A stretch of DNA of 64,000 nucleotides from Candidatus Acidiferrales bacterium (lineage in GTDB: Bacteria > Acidobacteriota > Terriglobia > Acidiferrales > UBA7541): contig DASUJR010000321.1 of NCBI GenBank assembly GCA_036279175.1, forward strand, positions 23,324 to 87,323. The letters are read 5' to 3'. Under the pieces are notes generated by a model. It was given only the letters and a program-made list of their open reading frames with translations. It searched no databases and had not been told where the DNA came from. The position numbers and the translations under genes were made by a program. The first letter of the stretch is position 1; each line of letters starts with the position of its first letter. Shown one piece after another: positions 8,327 through 16,204 of the stretch.

Positions 8327-10420
8327 ATGCGAAACATTCGTTCGTCGGCCTGGCTGGGAGTTGGCGCGTTCGCGCTGATCGTCTTGGCTGCATGGAACGC
8401 GCGGGTGGCCCGCGCTCGGCAGGCGGACGAAGCCGCGCAACAAGGCGTCGAGCACGGAGTTCAGACCAAGTTCATGGATAAGTCATGTAAGGCCTGCGAG
8501 GACTTCTATCATTATGCGAATGGTGGTTGGCTTAAATCGAATCCGATCCCGCCCGCTTATCCAACCTGGAACAGCTTCAGCGCGCTAGCCCAACGGAATC
8601 AGGAGCACGAGCATGCAATTCTGGAGCAAGCCGCCGCTGACCGGAGTGCAGTGGCTGGCTCGAACGAACAAAAAATCGGTGATTACTACGCCAGTTGTAT
8701 GAACGAGCCGCAAGTCAACGCGGAAGGCGCCAAACCACTCGATCCAGAGTTCGCAAAGATCGCGGCAATCAGTAACGCGATGGAATTGCAATCGGAGATT
8801 GCGCGACTGCAGCGACTGGGTGTGGACGTACTGTTCCGTTTTGGTTCAACTCAGGATCGCAAGAATAGCAGCGAGGTGATCGGAGGGGCGCAGCAGGGAG
8901 GCCTGGGGTTGCCGGATCGCGACTACTACCTCGAGAGTGGAAAGCCGGATACTGACGCTAAAAACGCGAAGATCCGTGAGGAGTACGCTGCGCACGTGGC
9001 CAAAATGATGGAGTTGCTCGGCGACAGCTCCGGCAAAGCGGCTGCCGAAGCAAAAACGGTGATCACGATTGAGACGGAATTGGCCAAAGCGTCGTTGACG
9101 CGGGTGGAGCGGCGCGATCCCAACAAAACGTACCACCGAATGGACGTCGCGCAGCTGACCGCGCTGACGCCGGATTTTTCCTGGCCGCGATACTTCCGCG
9201 ACTTCGGTGATCCCAACATTCAAAGTGTGGACGTCGCGGAACCGAAGTTTTTCGAGGCCGTGAACGCTGAACTGAAGAATGTACCGCTGAGTGATTGGAA
9301 GACGTATCTTCGCTGGCACCTCGTGGATTCGGCTGCGCCGGCGCTCTCGACTCCCTTCGTTGACGAAGATTTTAGTTTCAACGGCCGTATCTTGCAGGGA
9401 ACGAAGGAGATCCTGCCACGCTGGAAGCGGTGCGTCCGTTCCACCGATGGCCAGCTCGGATTTGCGCTAGGGCAAATCTATGTAAAGAAATATTTCCCGC
9501 CCGAGGCGAAGGCGCGCGCTCTGGAAATGGTCAACAATCTGATCGCCGCGCTGCGGGATGACCTCCAAACGCTGCCGTGGATGGGGCCGGACACGCGGAA
9601 GCAGGCGCTGACGAAACTGAACGCCATTGGGGAAAAAATCGGGTATCCCGACAAGTGGCGCGATTATTCGGCGTACGAAGTCGACCGCGGGCCGTACGTG
9701 CTGAATCTGTTGCGCGGGCACGAATTCGAGTTCGATCGGGACTTGAACAAAATCGGGAAACCTGTCGATCGGACGGAATGGGGGATGACGCCACCGACGG
9801 TGAATGCCTATTACACTCCTTTGCGGAATGAGATCGTATTTCCCGCCGGAATTATGCAGCCGCCGTTCTTCGATCCGAAGGCCGACGACGCGTCGAACTA
9901 TGGAGGAATGGGCGCCGTGATCGGGCACGAAATGACACATGGTTTTGACGACGAAGGCCGCAAGTTTGACGCCCAGGGCAATCTGCGCGACTGGTGGACG
10001 CCGAAGGATGCAGCGAATTTCGATGCGCGCGCCATGTGTATCGAGAAGCAGTTCGACAGCTACGTGGTGGACGGTGATCTGCACGAAAACGGCAAGCTGG
10101 TGCTGGGTGAAAGCATCGCAGATCTGGGCGGTTTGACAATTGCTTACAACGCGCTGGAGAAGGATCTGCAGGGCAAGCCGCGGACGCTGATTCACGGTTT
10201 GACTCCAGAGCAGCGGTTTTTCATCGCGTACGAGCAAGTGTGGGCCGCAAACGACCGTCCAGAGTTCGAGCGCCTAATGGCTAACTTGAATCCGCACGCG
10301 CTCGATCGATACCGCGGCATCGCAGCGCCGTCCAACATGCCGCAGTTTGAAAAAGCCTTCGGCTGCAAGGAAGGCGATGCGATGGTGCGGCCCGCCGTGA
10401 TACGATGCCAGATCTGGTAA
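8327..10420 (+). CDS. M13 family zinc metallopeptidase (neprilysin/PepO-like), exported
   Basis: HExxH in VIGHEMTHGFDDEGRKFD, downstream GESIADLGG motif, ~700 aa, N-terminal signal anchor AWLGVGAFALIVLAAW. SD GGAGGA lies upstream of the ATG. Confidence 0.9.
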   Translation: MRNIRSSAWLGVGAFALIVLAAWNARVARARQADEAAQQGVEHGVQTKFMDKSCKACEDFYHYANGGWLKSNPIPPAYPTWNSFSALAQRNQEHEHAILEQAAADRSAVAGSNEQKIGDYYASCMNEPQVNAEGAKPLDPEFAKIAAISNAMELQSEIARLQRLGVDVLFRFGSTQDRKNSSEVIGGAQQGGLGLPDRDYYLESGKPDTDAKNAKIREEYAAHVAKMMELLGDSSGKAAAEAKTVITIETELAKASLTRVERRDPNKTYHRMDVAQLTALTPDFSWPRYFRDFGDPNIQSVDVAEPKFFEAVNAELKNVPLSDWKTYLRWHLVDSAAPALSTPFVDEDFSFNGRILQGTKEILPRWKRCVRSTDGQLGFALGQIYVKKYFPPEAKARALEMVNNLIAALRDDLQTLPWMGPDTRKQALTKLNAIGEKIGYPDKWRDYSAYEVDRGPYVLNLLRGHEFEFDRDLNKIGKPVDRTEWGMTPPTVNAYYTPLRNEIVFPAGIMQPPFFDPKADDASNYGGMGAVIGHEMTHGFDDEGRKFDAQGNLRDWWTPKDAANFDARAMCIEKQFDSYVVDGDLHENGKLVLGESIADLGGLTIAYNALEKDLQGKPRTLIHGLTPEQRFFIAYEQVWAANDRPEFERLMANLNPHALDRYRGIAAPSNMPQFEKAFGCKEGDAMVRPAVIRCQIW

Positions 10421-10483
10421 AACGGCGTCCAGGATTTGTGAGCAGATCAGCGAGGTTGTTGCTCGGAAAAGAAAAGACACTCA

Positions 10484-10900
10484 GTGACCACGTCTGCGCC
10501 CACCACCCGAAAGACGTATGGCCTGATGTCGTTGGCTGTTTTGCTCTTCTCGTTAGGGGGCGCAGCTCTCTTTTTCGAACCTCACAATTACGTGATTAGG
10601 TCCTTGGGTCTTCTTGCGATTTTGGGCGGTGTGCCTCTTGTCCGAACATCTCGCGTCCACGCACGAGATCCCGTCCCTGCAGACGGACACTGGATCGACG
10701 TCACAGCTTCTAAAGGGCCGAGTCGAACGATGTGGTCCATCGGCATCGCGCTATTGGTTCTGGCGGGAATTTCTCTTCTGCTTCTCTACCTCGACGGCCT
10801 CCATGGCGGCCACTCAGGATGGCCCGTGTACCTGTTTGCCGGAGTAGTGCTGGCTTGCGCCGGGGTTTGGTCGGCCATCCTAGCGAAGCTGCGGAACTAG
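10484..10900 (+). CDS. small integral membrane protein (4 predicted TM segments)
   Basis: 138 aa with hydrophobic stretches (LMSLAVLLFSLGGAALFF, LGLLAILGGVPLV, WSIGIALLVLAGISLLLLYL, VYLFAGVVLACAGVWSAILA). No family recognised. Confidence 0.5.
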   Translation: MTTSAPTTRKTYGLMSLAVLLFSLGGAALFFEPHNYVIRSLGLLAILGGVPLVRTSRVHARDPVPADGHWIDVTASKGPSRTMWSIGIALLVLAGISLLLLYLDGLHGGHSGWPVYLFAGVVLACAGVWSAILAKLRN

Positions 10901-10904
10901 GTCT

Positions 10905-10920
10905 ACAGAAGTGCATTTCT
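10905..10920. repeat. left copy of 16-bp direct repeat ACAGAAGTGCATTTCT flanking the IS
   Basis: Identical 16-mer occurs at 10905-10920 and 12190-12205, immediately outside the imperfect terminal inverted repeats. Confidence 0.8.
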
Positions 10921-11950
10921 AGGGATGCCTAGGCACATGGTAACCCCCGGAGTCGTTGAGGTGGTAATCGAGCAAGAGGGGTGGGAGCAAGCAAATCTGC
11001 AGTGGGGAGCGAGGCGCGAGGCGTTCGATGATTTGCCAAGGACTCTGATTTTCCTTGTGCGAGTTCGGGCGAACCAGATTGAAATAAAGCTGGTAGGTGT
11101 GGGCTTTGGCGAGGAAATCGCCGCGACTGGAGAAGTCTTCCAGGTCAAAGAACTCGTCTTCTTCGAGGCGATGGAAGGTTTCGACATCGCTCTGATAGGT
11201 GTGAGCGGCGGGCGGGATGCGCACGTGTTGGCTGTGGCCGAGGGCCTTGGGGAAATCGCCTTTGAACTCACCGCCGTTGTCGGTTTGCCAGACCAGATCG
11301 CGCAGCGAGACGCCGTAGCGATCCAGATGCTGCTGGACGCGCGAGGCGAAGACGGCGCTGGCCGAAGCGCTGCGCCCTTCGGCGAAGGCCCAGAACAACA
11401 GGCCACTGCGCACATCGCGGGCTGTGTATTGGACTACCGGAAGTTTCAGCCGTTGTGCTTGCGCCCAGTAGCGCGGGATGTCGTCAAGGTCCTTGGTGTC
11501 GGCGCTGATTTGCTGAAAAACCGCCCAGTGGGCTTTGATGTGGGCCAGGTCCTGTTTTCGCTGGTATTTGCGGCGGCGCTTTGGGATCAAACCGTGTGTG
11601 CGCCAGATTCGTTCTAAAGCGCCGTGGCTAATGGGCAGCTCGAACTCACGGATCAGGCGCCGCGCGCCGAAGGTCGGTAAGGTCTTGCGTAATTCGACGA
11701 ACTGCGCCTCGCGCTGAGCTGGCGTTTTATGCGGCTGACGGTGGCGAGCGCGGGACTGCTCGGTCAAACCCGAAGGGCCATGCTGCTGGAAACGGCGCAG
11801 CCACTTGCGAACGGTGGCGACGGTCGTGCTAAACAGGCGCGCGGTGGGTTTGATGCCGCGCTGTTTGGCGCTCTCGACCAGACGCAGGCGATGGTTGTAG
11901 GGATTCGGTTTCATCTCACGAATCAGATCGAAGTAACGGGCCGCAATCAT
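10919..11950 (-). CDS. IS481-family-like DDE transposase (HTH + integrase core)
   Basis: N-terminal HTH (ARLFSTTVATVRKWLRRFQQHGPSGL). Catalytic-core-like ISADTKD, VWQTDNGGEF, and a downstream acidic HRLEEDEFF. The stop codon TAG (10921-10919) straddles the left IS boundary within the sequence TTTCTAGGG. Confidence 0.8.
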   Translation of the reverse strand: MIAARYFDLIREMKPNPYNHRLRLVESAKQRGIKPTARLFSTTVATVRKWLRRFQQHGPSGLTEQSRARHRQPHKTPAQREAQFVELRKTLPTFGARRLIREFELPISHGALERIWRTHGLIPKRRRKYQRKQDLAHIKAHWAVFQQISADTKDLDDIPRYWAQAQRLKLPVVQYTARDVRSGLLFWAFAEGRSASASAVFASRVQQHLDRYGVSLRDLVWQTDNGGEFKGDFPKALGHSQHVRIPPAAHTYQSDVETFHRLEEDEFFDLEDFSSRGDFLAKAHTYQLYFNLVRPNSHKENQSPWQIIERLAPRSPLQICLLPPLLLDYHLNDSGGYHVPRHP

Positions 11951-12189
11951 AGCCCGCGCATTTTAACCGCCGCAGCCAGAAGGCCGTGGAAAAGCCGCTA
12001 CGAGGAAAACCAAAAACAGGTTTTTCTCTCCGCTTGGGAATCCCGCCCAACCCGCGGGATTCCCACTTTCCCACCGCCACGACGGCGGTCATCTTCTCCC
12101 CACCTTCAACAAACCAACCATCTCCTGCCGCCGCTTCTCGCTCAAGCATTTCAATCCTGCCAGGGGATACCATGTGAGTAGGCTCTCCC
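10921..12189 (-). mobile_element. IS481-like insertion sequence (single DDE/rve transposase), apparently intact
   Basis: 1269 bp. Imperfect terminal inverted repeats: left AGGGATGCCTAGGCACATGGTAACCCCCGG versus reverse complement of right end GGGAGAGCCTACTCACATGGTATCCCCTGG, with a core of 16/20 matches. Flanked by the 16-bp direct repeat. One 343-aa transposase ORF plus a ~240-nt leader. Boundaries are good to about 2 nt. Confidence 0.7.
12036..12064. other. perfect 11-bp stem / 7-nt loop hairpin in the transposase leader
   Basis: GGGAATCCCGC-ccaaccc-GCGGGATTCCC read directly from the sequence. Lies 86-114 nt upstream of the transposase ATG, inside the IS. Confidence 0.7.
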
Positions 12190-12205
12190 ACAGAAGTGCA
12201 TTTCT
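12190..12205. repeat. right copy of 16-bp direct repeat ACAGAAGTGCATTTCT
   Basis: See the left copy. The last base is the first T of the lysS -35 hexamer. Confidence 0.8.
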
Positions 12206-12234
12206 TGACGCTTTTGGAAGCCCATCGTTATACT
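12205..12234 (+). promoter_or_regulatory. sigma70-type promoter candidate for lysS (TTGACG-18-TATACT)
   Basis: TTGACG at 12205-12210, 18-nt spacer, TATACT at 12229-12234, about 60 nt upstream of the lysS start. Confidence 0.5.
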
Positions 12235-12293
12235 CCAAAGTTGCTGCCGAAGGCTTTTGATCTCCTTCCTTTGCGCTGAAAGGACCAGATCCC

Positions 12294-13892
12294 TTGGAAT
12301 TTGAACAACTTGACCAATTCCACCAGCGACAGAAAAAGCTGGAGGAAATTGAGGCGCTGGGATATCCAGCGTATCCGCACAAGTTTGCGTGGACGCATAC
12401 GGCGAAGCAGATCCAGACGCAATACGCGAGTGCGACGGCGGAGCAGTTGGCCGCAAATGCGGTAAATGTTCGTGTGGCGGGGCGAATCGTTGCGCTGAGG
12501 CCGCACGGAAAAGCAGCGTTCGCGCACATTCTGAGCGACGGGGCGCGGCTACAGGTATACATCAAGCTGGATATAGTGGGTGAAAAGGCCTTTGCGCTCT
12601 TCCGTCTGCTCGATTTGGGAGACATTATCGGCGTTGCGGGACACCTTTTCCGGACAAAAACGGGTGAGCTGACGGTGTGGGTCGAACAGCTTGAGATCCT
12701 GAGCAAAGCGTTACTACCGCTGCCGGAAAAGTGGCACGGATTGGTCGACGTCGAGATGCGGTATCGAAGGCGTTATCTCGACCTGATCACTAACGAGCAT
12801 GCGCGCGAGATCTTCGTCAGGCGCGCGCAGGTGATTCGCGAATTTCGGCGGTTCCTCGATGAACGCGGATATATAGAAGTCGAAACGCCAATGATGCACC
12901 CGATCCTAGGCGGCGCGACGGCACGGCCCTTCGTGACGCATCACAACACGTTTGACATGGATTTGTACCTGAGCATCGCGCCGGAGCTTTATCTGAAGCG
13001 GCTGGTATCCGGCGGATACGATCGCGTCTACGAAATCAACCGCAACTTCCGCAATGAAGGGATCGACGCGATTCATCAGCCCGAATTCACGATGCTCGAG
13101 TTTTATCAGGCGTACAGCGATTACGATGAAATGATGGAGTTCACGACAGAGATGTTCCGGACAGTGGTCGAAAATGTTCGCGGCACGACGAAAATCAAGT
13201 ATGGCGAGCAGGAGATCGATTTTGGACACATCGAGCGCATCTCGATGCGGGAGGCGATCTGCAAGTTCTGGCCTGTGGGCGCCGGCGTGGCGCCGACGTT
13301 AGCTGAGCTTGGCGAGCGTGAAGGGCCGCGGCAAATTGCGGAACGCTACAACACGTTCGCGCGCGCTCACGGCCAGGACAAGGTAGACCCCGGTGGGGTG
13401 GCGAGCCCCGGTGAGCTGACCGGGGAACTCTTCGAAGCGATCGCCGAAAAGCATCTGGTCCAGCCGACGTTCATTTACGATTTCCCGACGGAGATTTCGC
13501 CGCTCTCGAAGCAGCGCGCCGACGATCCAACACTGACCGAACGCTTCGAGCTGTTCATCGCGGGAATGGAGCTGGCCAACGGCTTTTCCGAGTTGAACGA
13601 TCCAGTCGAGCAGGAACGGCGCTTCCGAGCGCAGGTGGAAAAAGGCGGCCAGGAGATGCCGAAGGAAGTGGATATCGATTACATTCGCGCGCTGACGCAC
13701 GGATTGCCGCCAACGGCGGGCGAAGGCGTCGGGATCGACCGTCTGGTAATGCTACTGACCGATTCGCATGCGATTCGCGAAGTGATGTTGTTCCCTCTAT
13801 TGCGACGCGAGTCCGAAGAAGCTGCAGGTGACGCGGCTGCGAGCGAGTCCGAATTAAACACCCGCCAATCTGGAAGTGGAAAAACGAAATGA
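12294..13892 (+). CDS. lysS: lysine--tRNA ligase, class II
   Basis: OB-fold N-domain (VRVAGRIVALRPHGKAAFAHILSDGARLQVY), class II motifs (FRNEGID, GGATARPF, GVGIDRLVMLLT), ~530 aa. TTG start at 12294. Confidence 0.9.
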   Translation: MEFEQLDQFHQRQKKLEEIEALGYPAYPHKFAWTHTAKQIQTQYASATAEQLAANAVNVRVAGRIVALRPHGKAAFAHILSDGARLQVYIKLDIVGEKAFALFRLLDLGDIIGVAGHLFRTKTGELTVWVEQLEILSKALLPLPEKWHGLVDVEMRYRRRYLDLITNEHAREIFVRRAQVIREFRRFLDERGYIEVETPMMHPILGGATARPFVTHHNTFDMDLYLSIAPELYLKRLVSGGYDRVYEINRNFRNEGIDAIHQPEFTMLEFYQAYSDYDEMMEFTTEMFRTVVENVRGTTKIKYGEQEIDFGHIERISMREAICKFWPVGAGVAPTLAELGEREGPRQIAERYNTFARAHGQDKVDPGGVASPGELTGELFEAIAEKHLVQPTFIYDFPTEISPLSKQRADDPTLTERFELFIAGMELANGFSELNDPVEQERRFRAQVEKGGQEMPKEVDIDYIRALTHGLPPTAGEGVGIDRLVMLLTDSHAIREVMLFPLLRRESEEAAGDAAASESELNTRQSGSGKTK

Positions 13893-15115
13893 AATTTGAG
13901 TCACTCGTGGCGCTGCGGTATTTGCGCTCGCCGAATCGTCCGGCTGTCCTGCGGCTGGTAACGCTGCTTGCTGTGATCGGCGTAACGGCAGGCGTGACTA
14001 CGCTGGTGATTGCGCTATCGATGGACTCCGGGTTCCGGCACGCGATCAGCGAGCGGCTGCTCAGCGTAACAGCCGATGTGAATTTGAAGCCACTCAGTCC
14101 CAACGGAATCCGCGATTATCGCGACCTCGCGGCCAAGCTGAACGGCACGCCGGAAGTGCGGTCGGTGGAGCCCGCGGTGTATGACGAAGTGCTGCTTTCT
14201 TCGGGAGTTCATTCGCGCGGGATAATTCTGAAGGGAGTAGACCCGGCGCTGGCGATGAAGACGAGCAGCGCGCTACAGCACATCGTCTCCGGCTCAGCGG
14301 ATTTCAGCGTCAGTCCCGACGGAATTCCAGCAATCCTAATCGGGAGGCTGATGGCGGAGGACCTGAGTCTTTCGACCGGCGATTACGTGACGCTGATTAG
14401 CCCGAAAGGAAATCTCACTCCGTTCGGCATGCTGCCTCATCCGAAGCGGTTTCGCGTCGCGGGAATTTATGACTCGGGATTCTACGATTACGACGCGAAC
14501 TGGGCGTTTGCGACGCTGAATTCCGCGCAGTCACTCGCCGGGGTTGGCGACGTGGTCAGCTTGCTTGAGGTTCGCATCGTGAATAAGGATGACGCGCAAA
14601 GTGTCGCGAACGCATTGCTGGCACGAGCAGGATCGGGATTTACTGCGACAACCTGGATGCAGGAGAACGGGCCGCTGTTTCACGCGCTTAGCCTGGAGAA
14701 GCTCGTCACCGCGTTTTTCATCGGCCTGATTACATTTGTCGCCGGACTGAACATTTTGGTCGTGTTAATGATGACTGTGACGGAGCGCACGCGCGACATT
14801 GCGGTGTTGATGGCCATGGGCGCGCGACGACGGCAAATCCGCCGGATTTTTCTGGCGCAGGGACTGGTAGTAAGCATAGTAGGGGTCATCGCCGGGCTTG
14901 TTCTGGGGTACAGCGCCGCCGTGATCCTGAACAACTGGAAGGTGATTCCGCTGAATCCGCAGGTTTATGCGATTCCGTACGTGCCCTTTCACGCAAATGC
15001 ATTGGATGGCCTGTGGATCGCGCTGACCGCGCTGGCGATCAGCGTTGCGGCCAGCACCCTTCCAGCACAATCGGCGGCAAAAATCCTGCCGGTGAACATT
15101 TTGCGATTCGAGTGA
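13889..15115 (+). CDS. lipoprotein-release ABC transporter permease (LolC/E family, FtsX-type)
   Basis: N-terminal TM, ~230-aa periplasmic loop, and three C-terminal TM segments with the FtsX-type segment TERTRDIAVLMAMGARRRQIRRIFLAQG. ATGA overlap with the lysS stop (13889-13892). Confidence 0.8.
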   Translation: MKFESLVALRYLRSPNRPAVLRLVTLLAVIGVTAGVTTLVIALSMDSGFRHAISERLLSVTADVNLKPLSPNGIRDYRDLAAKLNGTPEVRSVEPAVYDEVLLSSGVHSRGIILKGVDPALAMKTSSALQHIVSGSADFSVSPDGIPAILIGRLMAEDLSLSTGDYVTLISPKGNLTPFGMLPHPKRFRVAGIYDSGFYDYDANWAFATLNSAQSLAGVGDVVSLLEVRIVNKDDAQSVANALLARAGSGFTATTWMQENGPLFHALSLEKLVTAFFIGLITFVAGLNILVVLMMTVTERTRDIAVLMAMGARRRQIRRIFLAQGLVVSIVGVIAGLVLGYSAAVILNNWKVIPLNPQVYAIPYVPFHANALDGLWIALTALAISVAASTLPAQSAAKILPVNILRFE

Positions 15116-15210
15116 AGTGACACTTAGCGTCTGGTGCGTCGAGTAGACGTTTACCCAGCTCAGCCCTTGCGTGTTCTTCTGGGCACGATTTATGCCTCTG
15201 GAGGCCGGCG

Positions 15211-15219
15211 TGGTAGAAT
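15211..15219 (+). promoter_or_regulatory. extended -10 element TGGTAGAAT in the lolC/E-lolD gap
   Basis: TGnTAnAAT match read directly. The -35 region is weak (TTATGC, 18-nt spacer). It would give a ~180-230 nt leader before lolD. Confidence 0.35.
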
Positions 15220-15400
15220 CATTTTGGGAAGTCGCTTGGGGGGCTCTCAATGCGGAGGGACGGAAATTCTTCCGGTGTGTAATCGTACGGCAAAAATGTG
15301 CAACCGGTTGGATGAAATTCTCGGCCTGACCCGGTAGTTCACTGGAAAGCAAGGAGATACCCGCGACCGGGTTCGGCATCTAATGTGGTAGGCAGTACGT

Positions 15401-16201
15401 ATGCGACAGCAGGCGAGTTCGAGGTTAGCCGTACACGCTTCAGGCGTTTTGGCCGCGGAGGAGCGTCCAGAACTGCTGTGCGCAGAGGATCTTCGCAAGG
15501 CATACCGTTCAGGAGATCAGAAGATCACGCCTCTGGACGGCATCAACCTGTCAATTGATCGTGGCGAAATGGTCGCGCTAGTGGGACCTTCCGGTACCGG
15601 AAAAAGCACTTTGCTGCACCTTTTGGGCGCGCTGGACACTCCAACGAGCGGTGAAGTATACTTCGCCGGAAAATCGCTCTGGTCACTCTCGGAAGAAGGC
15701 CAAGCCGAATATCGGAATCGGACGATCGGTTTCGTTTGGCAACGGCACCATTTGCTGCCTGATTTTACAGCCGCTGAGAATGTGGCGATGCCGCTGCTGA
15801 TCCAAGGCCAGGCTGTGAAACAGGCAATAGGCGCGGCGGAGGGGTGGCTGGAGGAAGTTGGTTTGCGCGGCCGTGGTTCTCAGCGCGCAAGCGAGCTTTC
15901 CGGGGGTGAACAACAGCGCGTGGCGATTGCGCGGGCCCTTATCAATCAGCCGGTGTTGCTTTTGGCCGACGAACCCACTGGCGATTTGGATGAACGAAAT
16001 GCGGAAAGCGTTTTCGAGCTGATGCGGCGGCTCCACCAGTCCCACCACCTGACTACCGTCCTTGCGACTCACAATCAACATCTGGCGCGTCGCGCAGACC
16101 GTGTGTTTCTGCTGGAACACGGCCGGCTGGCACCAGTTTCGGCGAACAACGAAGAACTGGCGGGCGCGGTGATGAATCAAATTAATCGGGAGCGTGGGTG
16201 A
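15401..16201 (+). CDS. lolD: lipoprotein-release ABC transporter ATP-binding protein
   Basis: Walker A GPSGTGKSTLL, signature LSGGEQQRVAIARAL, Walker B LLLADEPTGDLD. The true start may be the in-frame TTG at 15449. Confidence 0.8.
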   Translation: MRQQASSRLAVHASGVLAAEERPELLCAEDLRKAYRSGDQKITPLDGINLSIDRGEMVALVGPSGTGKSTLLHLLGALDTPTSGEVYFAGKSLWSLSEEGQAEYRNRTIGFVWQRHHLLPDFTAAENVAMPLLIQGQAVKQAIGAAEGWLEEVGLRGRGSQRASELSGGEQQRVAIARALINQPVLLLADEPTGDLDERNAESVFELMRRLHQSHHLTTVLATHNQHLARRADRVFLLEHGRLAPVSANNEELAGAVMNQINRERG

Positions 16202-16204
16202 ACC

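Noticed and set aside
9467-10237. 256-aa antisense ORF inside the M13 peptidase gene. Similar long shadow ORFs occur at 10925-11617, 17990-18880, 24423-25352, 32160-33431, 43121-44020, 55808-56500, 56542-57303 and 62847-63719.
   Set aside because: All lie fully opposite genes with strong motif support. They have Arg/Pro/Gly-rich composition typical of antisense frames in GC-rich DNA and show no recognisable motifs.
15134-15337. 67-aa ORF in the lolC/E-lolD gap
   Set aside because: No ribosome-binding site, Arg/Gly-rich composition, and it spans the extended -10 element. The gap is more likely non-coding (see the finding on this gap).
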